A DNA stretch of 62,121 nt, filler included, from Rhabdomonas costata (lineage: Eukaryota): the NCBI GenBank assembly GCA_019059605.1. It is 30 parts of 30 records of this genome, joined end to end, with 100 filler letters (N's around TTAATTAATTAA, not from the genome) between each part and the next. Parts side by side here need not be neighbours in the genome. Positions count along the whole stretch, not along the records: positions 47,712 to 49,683 come from JAHMHO010006832.1; positions 49,784 to 51,756 come from JAHMHO010006833.1; positions 51,857 to 53,829 come from JAHMHO010006834.1; positions 53,930 to 55,902 come from JAHMHO010006835.1; positions 56,003 to 57,975 come from JAHMHO010006836.1; positions 58,076 to 60,048 come from JAHMHO010006837.1; positions 60,149 to 62,121 come from JAHMHO010006838.1; 23 more parts are not named here. The stretch is one strand, 5' to 3'. The notes beneath the pieces were generated by a model. It did not search any database and was not told the DNA's origin. It saw only the letters and a program-made list of their open reading frames with translations. Of this stretch, positions 47,861-60,302 are shown piece by piece (position 1 is the stretch's first letter; every line of letters starts with the position of its first letter). The position numbers and the translations under genes are program-made.

Positions 47861-48636
47861 ATGGCGGGCACCCTCGCCTTTCCTGAATCCGACTCGGATG
47901 AGGAGTGGGGTATGGATCTTTCAGCGCTGCTGGAGAATCCAGGTAGGAAGCATTCGTTCGGCACAGACTTGTTCTTGTAACGTGCTACAGACACCAGCAG
48001 CATAGAAAGAAAGTTGAGAAGAGTGCGGGAGAATACGGGAGGGTGCACGGAGCACAGTAACGATCCAGTCAACGCGGGGCTGTCATTCTGCAGAAGTCAC
48101 GCATCTTGGGCATGCATGCACCAAGGAAAGAACAAGGCTTCACGTGAGAACAGAAAGGAGGCAGAAAGCAAGCCATGGTGGGCCACGACGGGAAACGGAA
48201 AAAGCTGTGTGGGCCAAATCAGGTATGTTTGGTGCATCCCAACCCCCGAAATAACTTCACGCGGTATATACGATGGCTTGGCGAGTGAGCTCGCGCGGTG
48301 CATGGATTCTTGGGGGGAGCGGGCAAAATACCACTGGCCACCATGGGGGGGCCCTAAATGCAGTAGCGCCTGAAGCACCTTCGTTTTTTCCTTCTTTTTG
48401 TTTACCATGATGCTTGCCTGATGAACTGTCCTGCTCTGGGGGGGGGGGTATATTCTGCTATTCTTGGCACCGCACACACACACTCTCTCTCTTTCTTGTG
48501 GACTTGCTTATATTTTATAGGTGAACCCAAGTCATCCACTCCGTCTGGACGAGGTCAAGACCTGGCATCAGAGCAAAACATGACTTCGGCGCAACAGCAA
48601 TGCGTTGTGGCCTCCATACCTGCGTCCTTGCCAGAG
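47861..48636 (+). CDS. First two candidate exons of an unknown low-complexity protein
   Basis: 47861-47942 (MAGTLAFPESDSDEEWGMDLSALLENP, GTAGGA donor) and 48521-48636 (TTTTATAG acceptor) are phase-compatible. Confidence 0.45.
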
Positions 48637-50710
48637 GTGCCTTCTTATCAAATGTAGATCGCTCCCTCCTTCCTTCCCTTCCTTCACATGTGCAAACAAC
48701 CTAGTGGCACGAGAGCAAAAGCTCTCTGAGGTTTGATGAGAAGCTTCTGGCCGAGGGGGTGCAGATCTCAACCGTGGACTTCGGGTGGATTCAGGCAGAA
48801 GTATTGAATTATCGGCAGCCAGTCTGCTGATCACAAACTGTCTTATCTCTTCTGTCATGGGTGGCACAACTGAAACTTTTCTTCCACAATTTTTCCTCCG
48901 CAAAAATCCGGACGTGCGCCTTTTTGGATGTCTGTTTTTTTTGGAGTGCAGCCTGCTGACCTTTTGTGGCCTCCTCCTGCCGATCCCGTGATCAGCAACA
49001 TGCTGTGCATATGTCATCTGGGGATCCGTCTGCACACTGAGCAGGTCTTCTTTCGCGCCTCTCTCTTACTTTAAATCGAGCAGGTTCACACCGGTCATCT
49101 GATGACACTGCTGCGACACACCTATTCTCACTATTATTATCGTGCTCGCCAAGTTTCCGTCGATGCTTGCTCCTCCGAAGTAGACTCTAATGGTCTCTTA
49201 TGGTTTGCTCGCTGTGCCGTTTCCTCGGCCTCGGCCTGCGGGAGAGCCATTCCGGGCCGGCCTGCAAAAGCCCGGGAAAAGTCCAACCGAGAGGGGTAGG
49301 TGGGCAACCCATTCCGTCTGTGACGGTGGGGTTCCAGGTTCAGTCAGTTGTGATTTTGTTATGTTACCCTCACAATACAAAATGATAATGACTGACCTCA
49401 GCTTTCCTTAACTTCACGTCGACTCGCCCCTGCATTTTCTAGCTGTATTGCAACATAGTGAACCACCACGTTCCGAGAGCAGCGGCTTTTGTATGAAGCA
49501 TGAAACAAAATCAAAATAGTATTGTAGATACCCCCCTCTTTCGTTCTCTTTTTTGTTCAACCTGAGATTGCTCGAAGGCTATGGAACGTGGAGTTCAACC
49601 AGCGCCAAAAGTCTCTGCTGCTGCGCTCGCCTCGGAAGCGGCTATGTGTGGCGGTCTACCCCTCGGGGAAGACCCCACAACACNNNNNNNNNNNNNNNNN
49701 NNNNNNNNNNNNNNNNNNNNNNNNNNNTTAATTAATTAANNNNNNNNNNNNNNNNNNNNNNNNNNNNNNNNNNNNNNNNNNNNAAGGCCATGGGGGTGCC
49801 CTTCAGCGACGCCGACACCGCGTTGGTGGCACAAGCCATGTCCCTCAGCAATCCGTGTGTGCTACTCCCACCTGCCCTCCATTCCTAATTCCTGATTCTC
49901 CTTCCCTTCTGAAAAGCAGGCGACAAGCCCCGGTGGAGCCCGGCTGAGGGAAGAATACCAATTTTAATCTTTTGTCATTGCCAGTGCTGAGCTAAAGGGC
50001 GTGAATACTTCCATTGTACATTAAATTACAGCAAGAAGAGGGGGTGCAGCGGGTGGGGAGGTAGCTCGTAGACGCGAGCCTCCATCCACTTCGAGGAACT
50101 CTCTGGAACAAACCTTCGCAAAGGCCATGGTACCGCATTGCAGCGATGTCCCTGATCCTCCCGCAGGCACTCTGCAATAACCGGAGTAAGGGATGGATTC
50201 TGAGGTGGATATCAATGCCCTTGCAAGCGCGTGGCCCGCAGCAAAGCTCTGCCTTGACCAGCAACAGCTTCATGACCTTCCGTGGAAGGTCCTTCGCCCC
50301 CCAGCTCAGTCTTCTTCGAGGGTTTTTCCTTGGTGATCTGATTCTGCGATTTCTGAGATTGTCGTGGTTTATGCTTTGCTCGTATGCAGTTTTGACCTAT
50401 GGGGGCGGGGGGTGAATTTCAGAGCTTGCTCCCGGTATTCTTTTCGGAGAGTCTGTTGTCCATTTTCTGAAGGTGTCCCCATGTATATTCAGGCGTATAT
50501 TCAGACGTTGCGTTTACCATGAATTTTTGAACGTCTTTGCAGCTTCTCGTTTTTGCAACCGGCTCGGCTTTTCACTTATCTGTCCACCTTTTCTGCTATG
50601 TTTCCTTCGCTTCCTTGCTTTTTCCCTTTGCGACCCATGGACCTCTGTAAAATGTAATTCAGTGACCGTTTGTATTCCTGTTAATTCCGCGCACGATTAA
50701 AAATCCACAG

Positions 50711-51360
50711 GTGGTCTCATTTCTGAACGAGGTGCGCGCAAATCCTGGAGCGTTTCTGACGCAGCTCAAGCAGAGGCGCCTGAACCTTTGTGGCAAGGCA
50801 TACTACCCCAACGGCTACAGCCTGCCAGTCCTCACGTGGTTGCCCCGCGCTTCCGCCCTCTTTTTCACTTCGACATTCGACATTGCCTATCGCTGGAAGA
50901 ATTTGAAGGGATGATGGTTTTCCCAACCTTTCGTCCCCACGCCACTTTGCATCGGATGCGCAGCCCTCGTGCTTCTCCTTCTGCACAGCATTGCTGGGCC
51001 GAAGGCTCCCCTGTGATTTTGGTGGTCCCTCATTGAAAGAGAGGTAATGGGAAGGACTGCGGTCCACAATACAAGCCGAACCACTGCTCCTCAAAACAAA
51101 GGAGCAAATCATTCGCTGAGGAGAGCCCAGTTTGTCAATACACTTTTGAATCTCGTGCGGCTTGTGGGGCATGCAGCATGGCAGGAAATCACTTCACCGG
51201 GATTCATAGGGTCTGTTTGAAGCTCTAAATGACCGAACCTACCGCGTTGTTATGAATTGTTCGCTGCTTCACCCGTGTTTACGTGAATGTGTGAATCCTA
51301 GTTTCTTGTTTTATGCTGGACAGGAGCGGATGGGGTCCACCACATGCAGACGGTCTAACA
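50711..51360 (+). pseudogene. CAP/SCP-domain-like gene; downstream exons appear disrupted
   Basis: A clean exon at 50711-50835 reads VVSFLNEVRANPGAFLTQLKQRRLNLCGKAYYPNG...VLT, like protist CAP N-termini (N..R.NP). Downstream remnants MAGNHFTG (about 51180) and GADG/ST (about 51325) need frameshifts to join. Confidence 0.45.
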
Positions 51361-54313
51361 TGTAACACACAACGTTACTTGTTCCAGCAGTGCTTTAGGC
51401 AGGGTGCTAATTGGCCTCGACTTAAAGCATAGGCTCCGTGTGCTGGCCTCCAAAAAGTGCCCACCCGCTTGGGTAAATACTTTCCTGTGATTTTAAGACA
51501 ATTGCGCAACATTGACCTCTTTCTTCTTTCCCTCCTTCCCCAGTTATCGGTCAGATCGATGTGTTCGTTGCAGCAGCTTGCCTTTTTATCCGAAGTTCCG
51601 AGCAGTCATCACGTCATCAAATTTCGGGGCTGAGCCGACTTATTAGACTTACTAGGCCTTATTGAGCCATTGTGGATGATTCACTACTTCAACCCTCAAT
51701 CGTTCGCAGTCACGGACCCTCTAAGATCTTGTCCCGCTTTTTTTTGGCCTGCCTTCNNNNNNNNNNNNNNNNNNNNNNNNNNNNNNNNNNNNNNNNNNNN
51801 TTAATTAATTAANNNNNNNNNNNNNNNNNNNNNNNNNNNNNNNNNNNNNNNNNNNNGGGGTGTTGTTTTGATTTTTATAATTTTATATGAGATTTAGAGA
51901 CGCATGAACGTGCATTTCTAATTAAAACTGTCCGACTGCTCTCAGTGACAACTGCGAACTCGGGACCGTGTATTCTTGCCGATGTTTGGTGTGGTTTACT
52001 AGTACCAGATTGTCTACACCAAACCGGTTGTATTGTTGATTTCGGTTTGCCTGAGATACCATACTTTATTAGTTCCTTTAGAAGGCGACCTTAATATCTT
52101 TCGAACGTTATTTAGAAATCTTGAAAAGCTCATTTAGTGTCTCTTGCTCTCTGTCTGCGTAAATCTGCTACTGTCTGTGGCATCTGGTTCATAACACCAG
52201 AGCAGGGCAAAATGCGTAGTTCATGTAGTATTAAACGTTCGTTCGTAATTGTAGCGCTGTTGATGGCCATTTCCAACAATGTATGCAATGAATCCATGTA
52301 AAGGTATGTCACTGGATCTGCACTATTCAAAGGATCTAATTTAGTGTCTGATTCGTCCGTTCAAATTGTCATTTAGTATGTAATGGTACGTGGTTGAACC
52401 TCTTTTTTATGTCAATGAGTGATTGCATTCAATGGTAGGTAGTCAACGCTAAGTTTACATTTTACGTTAGCTTTGAGTGCAAAAGATGCCCGTAATGAGA
52501 CACTGTGGGTTCAATGAATCCAAGATCGTTAGCTTCCTCAGCTGCTAATGCAACTCCTGATCTTCAATGTTGGACATCCAGATGTGATTTCTTTATCGTT
52601 GGCAATGCTGGGCTAGAGATATTCCTCATCTCGATGGTAGAGTTCTTCGACGCCCTCTGAATAGATGTAAATTTTGGAGTTTAACCTCCACTATACACCG
52701 CTGCTGAATTCAAAGGTGATGAAGCAACGTCGACTAGTATGCGATTTCAAGCAGAATGGAGATATAATTAGACTTCAGCCCATTCTTAATAACAGATGAG
52801 GTTATGGCGTGGATCTTGTAGGTGACTTCACGCCTAACAATCAGCATTTGGTGCTTTTCACGGTCAGCACACGGTTGACGTCTGTGGAGAAATGTGTAGC
52901 CAAATACTACTGTAATGTGGGTGGAAACCACACACTAGAACAGACTCACCCGCATTTTGCTCATCAAGACGCCCACTCTGACAAAGGTGTTGAACAACAA
53001 GGTTGTTACGTTAGCTATTCTAATTTACATTAGCTACAGTATTTGCAGTAGTTGGCTGTGAATATAAAGTTACTGAATACAACAGAGCGGTCCATATTAT
53101 TTTTCAAAAGGTAAACGATAGGAACAGTAGTGGCCACGGCGGCGATTGGGTTGGTTCTTCTTCACTAGAAACGTCCACACACACACATGAAACAAAGCTT
53201 TCAGCGTTAATTATTTGGGTAGAAAACCGATAGTGGTTAAAAATGATGTTTGATAAAAGGAAACATAATTGGGCAGTGTTAACATTTCTGGTCATTTTCC
53301 AGCGTTAACTTCTCAAAACATTTTCCTTCACCCTCTGTTTTGTTTGACTCGTGTATCTCACTTTTATCATTCATAAATCACATACATGAGCTCCTGCCAT
53401 TTACTGGCTGCCGCAGTAAACGATTTTTCAGCACCGGATTCATCATTCAATGTCAAAAACCGGCTTGGTAACCGGCTACCGGGATGGCTGCTCCGCCCGG
53501 AAACCCGGAAACTAATACAGAGGGATGCGGACCGCTGCTCGGTCCAATCCTCAACAAGGGATCGGGATAAAATCCCCCATAGCGTCGCCATTGGGATAAA
53601 GCCGCTCTTCATTTCCGGCGACCGCCAAGGAGCAAAATGCAAGCAGGGAGAAAAAGGGCCGCAACAAGCCAGTCGGGCACAAGGTGCCCTTGGTATAGAA
53701 TGCCAAGACCCTTGGGGCAAAGGATTACGGCCCACCGGGGTATGGTGGGACCGGCGCGGGAATTTTAATGTCAAAGCGGTTCCCTCTTAATTGTTGGCTG
53801 TGCTGTTGCCTTCGTGCTCTGTGGTACGCNNNNNNNNNNNNNNNNNNNNNNNNNNNNNNNNNNNNNNNNNNNNTTAATTAATTAANNNNNNNNNNNNNNN
53901 NNNNNNNNNNNNNNNNNNNNNNNNNNNNNTGTTGGGTGTGTTGGCCCTGAGTGAAGGTGCCATAACGACACAGGGATACCCTTACCCACGCCTTTCATAG
54001 CAAAAGGGGTCTACCGCGTCTGCTCCCGGTTGAGCGGAACCACAACTTAGAAGCACTTCCATACTGTTAGGGGCATGGAAAGGGCACTGACGATTTTTGA
54101 GTACGTTTGGCTTGTTGCTTTCCGAATGCTTGTTTTTCGGTACCCAGCTGCAAAGCACGAATAACGCCCTTCCCCCAAGAATGCCCTGACTGATCAAAGG
54201 GGTGGAATTAGTGATGTCGTTTGTTCTTCGTCTGCAGTGCCTCTGTGTTGCTGTGTCCCGCTCTCTTTCGGTGGCCTCGTCTATATTTTGCTGCCCATCT
54301 GCGAGACGATTCG

Positions 54314-55894
54314 ATGCCTCCCAAGGACATCCTGACTATCTCCAGCTTGAGCAAAGCTGATGTGCAGATAATTCTGGACACCGCTCAGGTTGGTTTTTCC
54401 CTTTCGCACGCCTTCAATCTCTGTGTGAGTGCCAACCCAAGTCACGGTCATTTCGTATTGTATGTCTGTTCCCGCCTGCAGAGATCATTTGCAGGTCGAA
54501 AGTTCCCACTTCTAGTTTGCTCTGGCTCCTGCTCCCAGAACTTCCGAAAACATTGTCATTTAATATCTAAAATGCAAAATGGTTCGATTATTACCACTGT
54601 CTTTCGGTTTGATGGGTTTGCAAAGGATTTTTCTGCCTGCGGGGTGCCCGTTTCACAGGTTTTTCTCTTTTCTTTCCAGGACATCAAGAAAACCCCTGGG
54701 AAATATGCCTCCTGCATGAAGGTGATGCTCGTTATTACGTTTCCAGAGAGAGGAGAGCATAAGTGAGTTGATGGCATTACATACTGTGGGCAGTGCCCAA
54801 TCCTGCATCACCACCCACCCAAGCATCTCCACCCCAGAACGTCTTGCTCGGCTTCTGGTGTGCGGGATTACCTCCTGGGTTTTAGGTGTCAGCTTTTCGA
54901 TCCCAGTTCAATTCTGCTTTTGTGGGGTCTGCTGTTCGAATGGAATCCCTTTCTCTGCCTTCTCTGCGTTGAGACGTCCCGGCTGTTTTCTGCAGCAAAA
55001 GACGCTGCTGATGCTGTTCGAGAAGCCCTCCCTGCGGACTCGGGTCTCCTTTGAGACGGGGATGACTCAGATGGGGGGGCACGCCATCTACTACAACATC
55101 GCGGACTCCCCGCTGGGCAAGAAGGAGTCTGTCTCGGACACTGCCAAGGTTCCCAGCTTACTCTCTTTGTCATGTCATGACGCCTCACGGTGTGGCCACG
55201 TTATGTTTCAGAGGATTTCCCTCTTCCTTATTTACGAAATGCCTGGGCTTTCGTTCTGAGCCGAGTTCATTGGCGGTTAAGGTAGTAAGGTGGGATCACG
55301 TGTACAGTATGCTGCGCGATGTATTATCCGAACTTTGCCGGATTTTTTTCCGTCGCTCTGTTAGGGTCCATCGAAACTGGTTGCCGCCAAGAACTGTCTG
55401 TATGCACTGTACGGGGTCACCCAGACAACAAACGAAAGGCAAGACAGTGGTTTTAAAATACTTGAATCAGCAAATCTGGCCTTGCTTGGTGGTGTGTAGT
55501 AAAGAGGCTTTTAAGGTGAGCATAAGAACAGAAGGTGAACATGTTGGCGATGCATGCTTCATAAATGAACGAATGCTTTGGTGAGATTCGTAGGATCTTT
55601 TTTTTTGCGGACGGGCACGAGGTACACCCTCACAGCATCCTCGCACTTTATCTCCGTCGACGCACCTTGCTCCGCCGGAGGGCAATCCATTCCTGCGGCA
55701 CAAATATTGCCTTACCGACGGTAGGGCCTTAGGTCTTGCCTTGACTGGTGCACCCCTCCCCCTGCCATGTGGCGCAGGTTCTCAGCCGGTTCGTGGACTG
55801 CGTCATTGCCCGTGTGAAGACCCGCCAAATGGTGACTGAGCTGGCGCAGAACTCCACCATCCCCGTCATCAACGCCCTGGATGACTGGGCCCAC
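54314..55894 (+). CDS. OTC: Ornithine carbamoyltransferase, first four exons, no targeting presequence
   Basis: Exons 54314-54388, 54680-54721, 54996-55148 and 55778 to contig end give MPPKDILTISSLSKADVQIILDTAQ/DIKKTPGKYASCMK/QKTLLMLFEKPSLRTRVSFETGMTQMGGHAIYY...LGKKESVSDTAK/VLSRFVDCVIARV...IPVINALDDWAH. The carbamoyl-phosphate-binding SxRT and the VINAL...H motifs are present. Confidence 0.93.
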
Positions 55895-56351
55895 ACCAAC
55901 CCNNNNNNNNNNNNNNNNNNNNNNNNNNNNNNNNNNNNNNNNNNNNTTAATTAATTAANNNNNNNNNNNNNNNNNNNNNNNNNNNNNNNNNNNNNNNNNN
56001 NNTGTGGCGGGTGTGGGTGGGTTTGGGGGTACGTTTGTACGGTTGAGGGAAGTTGGTAATCCAGAGGGATATTTCCTCCCTTTATTTGCTTCGTTGTGTG
56101 ATTGGCATCCCGTGGGTGTTGTCTGGTACCGGTGAGAGGGCTGGTGAAGTCGTTTTTGTCATGCTTCAGGGGATGCAAACAGAAACCTGGTAATCTTCCT
56201 CATGGGACTGCTCGAATGGAGAGCTTGCGCTCACACGCAGCATGCCAGAGCAGCAAAACGACACACACATACACACAAAACAACCCTACCGTACTCGTAC
56301 TGCCTAACTTATTTTGTTTTCCTGAAGTTGGGATTTTCTTTGCACGCACAG

Positions 56352-57857
56352 TGTGTTCCGCCAGTGTGGTAAAGATTGACCACAAGAAGCAGTTCTTCGT
56401 CATCTTCATCCCCAAAGTAAGCTCTCCATTTCTTTCCCTCCTTTGGGATCGCCTAGATGTCCCGGAGGAGTTATGAAGTTAATATTGTGCTGACTTTTTT
56501 GAGTTTTTTCCGTAGAAACCTCATCTAAATCGTTTTTCAGCTTCGTCACAGTGTATTTTGATTGCCTGCTTGATTACAGTATCATAAGATGGCATCCCTA
56601 CGCCGGTATTTTATACTGTGGTGCTTCTACATTGGTTTTTTTTGGGGGGGCTCCAACTCCGCCGCAACTCCAATTTTGGGATCTCCCCGCAGTATGCTGT
56701 GGAGTACCGGGTCTCGTCCAAGGACAAGGACCAACCCAACATTGTGTGCCCTCTTCCCCTCCCCACCCCTTCCGCCTTGTTGCAGATTCTCTTTCAACTC
56801 CTATATGTGGTGTGGTAACCTCATATGCACAGCTACCCTCTGCGGGAGCGAAGAAGGTCAACAGGTGGGACAGGTGGGAATGCAGCAGCACTGTTTCGAC
56901 ACCAAAATACGCACCGATGTCATCGGGACGAAAGGCTTGCCTACTTCTTGCCTTTTTCCCTGGTGCGCACGGCCTCATGAGGAGCAGACTGCTGCCGTTC
57001 AAATGGCCGTTGACAACTCCGCTTCATATGACCTGCCGCTGTGCATGGCCGACCTCCCACAATCTTGTTCTTTGTGTCCAGGAGCGTCTAGACTTCACCT
57101 CCAGCGAGAGCGATGTGGGGTGCACGGTGTTCTGGAAGGGCTCACAGGTGCGTGAGGGGCGAGCGGGCGAGGAGGGAGCGAGGGGTTGCACGACGTGCAA
57201 GATATTGGAAGCTCGCAAAATTGTGAGGTACGACGACCGAGGATGGAGGCCCGATCTCATCCCTGGCTATTTGGGGATTTTGGGGGATTTTCTTATGCAA
57301 GATTTCCGAGGATCTGCGTCGCATAGGCGTCGCCGTGCAGCATGCTTGAAGTACTGCTATTCACTGCAACCTCGTATGACTGATCCCCATCCAACGACCA
57401 ATGCCACCGTCGTCGCCACTTGATTTGGTAATAATGGCCGGTGTCGCCTTAAAAATGAGAGTTTTCTTTTTCCAAAATGCCATCATTCAAATTTAAAGGG
57501 GGTTTAGGGATAGAAAAAAAGGTTGTTAATGTCAGCAAAATTACTGCTTGTTCACTCGAAGTCGAGGTCACGCCTCTTGAAATGCACTCATCTCTTCCAG
57601 ATGTGCGGGTGACCTCAACTGCAGTTTTTTGCCTTTCAAGTTTCACATGGCACGGGTAGTATCTTTCAGTTAAGTCCTTTCCTTGCCTTTCCTTGCCTTT
57701 CCTTGCCTTTCCTTGCCTTGCCTTGCCTTGCCTTGCCTTGCGCGCGCGCCAGAGCCCACCCACCGCGGTCGTGGTGCTGACCACGTTCCAGGTGGAGCTC
57801 CGGTACACCCTCACCGCGATGAGTCGCGTCTCATTCACGTGCACGTTCCTGCGGGAG
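56352..57857 (+). CDS. Probable C-terminal S1 region of a DIS3L2/RNase II-family exoribonuclease, four exons
   Basis: Exons 56352-56416, 56693-56743, 57082-57147 and 57753-57857 splice in frame: CSASVVKIDHKKQFFVIFIPK/YAVEYRVSSKDKDQPNI/ERLDFTSSESDVGCTVFWKGSQ/SPPTAVVVLTTFQVELRYTLTAMSRVSFTCTFLRE. The A.V......F.V.IP.Y..E.R pattern matches RNB-family S1 domains. Confidence 0.5.
57676..57740. repeat. (CCTTT/CCTTG)n pentanucleotide microsatellite
   Basis: CCTTTCCTTG units followed by CCTTG units, just upstream of a splice acceptor. Confidence 0.92.
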
Positions 57858-58265
57858 GTAGCCCTTTTCCACATTTCTCTTACCGGTTCTTTCGTGCAGC
57901 CCCAGATGTCTTTTTGGCAATGCCAGGAGAGAGAGATAGAGGGAGAGAAATGTGGAAAAGGGCTACCACCCACACNNNNNNNNNNNNNNNNNNNNNNNNN
58001 NNNNNNNNNNNNNNNNNNNTTAATTAATTAANNNNNNNNNNNNNNNNNNNNNNNNNNNNNNNNNNNNNNNNNNNNTGGTTTTTAAGTCATCTTCTGTTGT
58101 CTTGCATCATTTGGTCTTAGAAATGCGGTGGCTGATGTTCACTCGACGTCTTTGCCGTCTATGAATAACTGGTCTGACAAGAGCAGGCGATCGATCAAGC
58201 GACGCGTTGGAGTTCACGGGAATTCGGGCAGAGGCTACATAAAGGGAGATGCGCGAGGCGGAAAC

Positions 58266-59781
58266 CTTGGAGCCGTACATCTTTCGGGCCAGCTCCTTGG
58301 AAAAGGAGTCGTCGCTGGTGATGTACCACGAAACGGATGAAGGATCCAGCCCCAACTCCTTCTCCAGCCTCCACAGCCTCTCAAAGGCCCTGAAATCATC
58401 ATCACCACCCACCACTGCAACCCAACCGCAAGCACAGATACCCCAAACCGCCGGTGTAACGCGGGGCCTCGGGAACCACCACTGGAGCATTTAGTACATG
58501 GATCCGTGGATGTATAAATTCATTCATCCCTCCGCCGCACCTTAATTAAACTTCCAATCGGTATATTCAAATTAAGGTACGTATTAGGTTCATACACACA
58601 CAACATACAAATGCGTGCGCACACCAGAACCACGCCCATGGGCAGCTCCTGAGGTACTCCTCGTCGCCGCTCTTGAAGTTCTTCCAGTTCCGAGAGCTCA
58701 GGCCGGCCCGGATGTGCAGCCCCAGGTAGGGCTGCCGCAGAGCGGACAGCCGCTGCCCCACCCCAGCCGCCACCACAGCAGTGGGCCTGAAAGGGAAGTG
58801 CGGATGCTGGTGCGCAGAAAAAAGTGTTTGAACAGCATATTCGTTTTGGGATAGCTGATTAAAATGTTCAAGATCATAAGTGACATGCCAGCACAGGTCG
58901 GGTTTCCATGAGAACGGGTGCTTGATTACTTTTTGATTTTGAGCTGCGTACTCCTCCGACCCTATTCATTCCCATGCATTCACTCATCTTGTTCAGAAAT
59001 TCATTGCTCTCGATGATTTCTGAAAAACAGGTTTCTGGAAAAGTAGAAAAAAGCGCACACAACTTACCCTACCATTTCCGGGACGTTGCAAAAAGTGAGC
59101 CACGAGAACAAGAGCTCCCTATGGCAGGCTCAAAGACAATGATTGCGTCACCAAAAACATCACCACGCAGAGGCAGGCAATGACGCGATGATATCGGGGA
59201 GAGTGGGGGGGACCTGAAAAGGGCATGGAAGATGCACCCGAACAAGTCTTTGTTTCGCATAGGGATGTTCAGCTGCCGGCTGCGCCGAGATAAGAAGGGG
59301 TGAGGCTTTGGTACGTAGCACCGGATCGTCTCCACTGAGGTGGGCTCTTCACTCATCACCGCGATCTGCAGACAGATGTTTCCAAAATACATGGCAGCCA
59401 CGCGCTGATCGTCTGCCCCTTGCAAAGCCAGCTTCAAAGAGTTTCTTCCCAAAAGCCTTCACACTGCCAGTACATATCTGAATACCCAATCGTCGCACAC
59501 CGCAGTGCTTCACCCTCAAGAGAAGGTTTTTCATTTTTTAAAAAAAAAGGAGCGCCGGAATAAACGAGACCTAGCACCAGACATCCACTGTGATTAATAG
59601 TGAAGACAAAAAGGAAACGGGACGTTGGGAGCAAGAAAAATGCAATTTCGAGAGAGGAGAAGCAGGAGGTACCAAATCCACAAACAGGGAGAAGATGATG
59701 AGCTGGGGAGACCCATCCTTGAAAAGCCTGGTCTCGTAGTCATAGGTGTTGAACTGGTAGCTGTGGTGGATCCAGTCCATG
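58266..59781 (-). CDS. Fucosyltransferase-superfamily glycosyltransferase (GT11/GT23/GT37/POFUT-like motifs), partial
   Basis: Exons 59781-59673, 59365-59214, 58786-58658 and 58389-58266 splice in frame: ...NKDLFGCIFHALFR/PT...QPYLGLHIRAG...GDEE/AFERLW...SWYITSDD...RKMYGSK. GxHxR (motif I) and YxxSDD (motif II) match alpha-2/alpha-6/O-fucosyltransferases. Confidence 0.7.
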
Positions 59782-60302
59782 CTGCGGACAGGGCGCGCAT
59801 TAAAAAGTCAGAAGTCAGGTCCAGAGTTGATTTGCACTGCTTTTACGTTGCACTGCACGGTGCACTGCCTTTCGGAGCCACAAAACTCATAGCTCGGTCT
59901 GGGCCATTCAGCTCCCAGGAGCTCTCGCAAAAGGTCAACACGCTTCTCTACAGTACCGCGGCCAGAACATCCCAGCCGCCATGAACGCGCACACACTGGC
60001 AGCCGGGCAGCTCTCTTGGAGAAATCCAGAATGGTGCCCCAAAAAACCNNNNNNNNNNNNNNNNNNNNNNNNNNNNNNNNNNNNNNNNNNNNTTAATTAA
60101 TTAANNNNNNNNNNNNNNNNNNNNNNNNNNNNNNNNNNNNNNNNNNNNGCATGGTCTTTTCTTTTCTGCAGTCTATTTTCTTTTCCGCTTTCCGATTGAG
60201 TGTCACGTGCTGCCCTTTGGCGGACCATGCTTTTCTCTTTCCTTTGGTAAGGCCAAGGAGATACCTTCTCCCTTCTTTTCCTTCCGGTTCCTTTCTTTTC
60301 CA

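Noticed and set aside
57857-57967. 24-bp inverted repeat starting at a splice donor, suggestive of a structured euglenid non-conventional intron
   Set aside because: It lies at the contig end, and the following ACCCACAC is an A/C-only version of the expected continuation TCCCGCAG. It is best explained as a WGA fold-back chimera.
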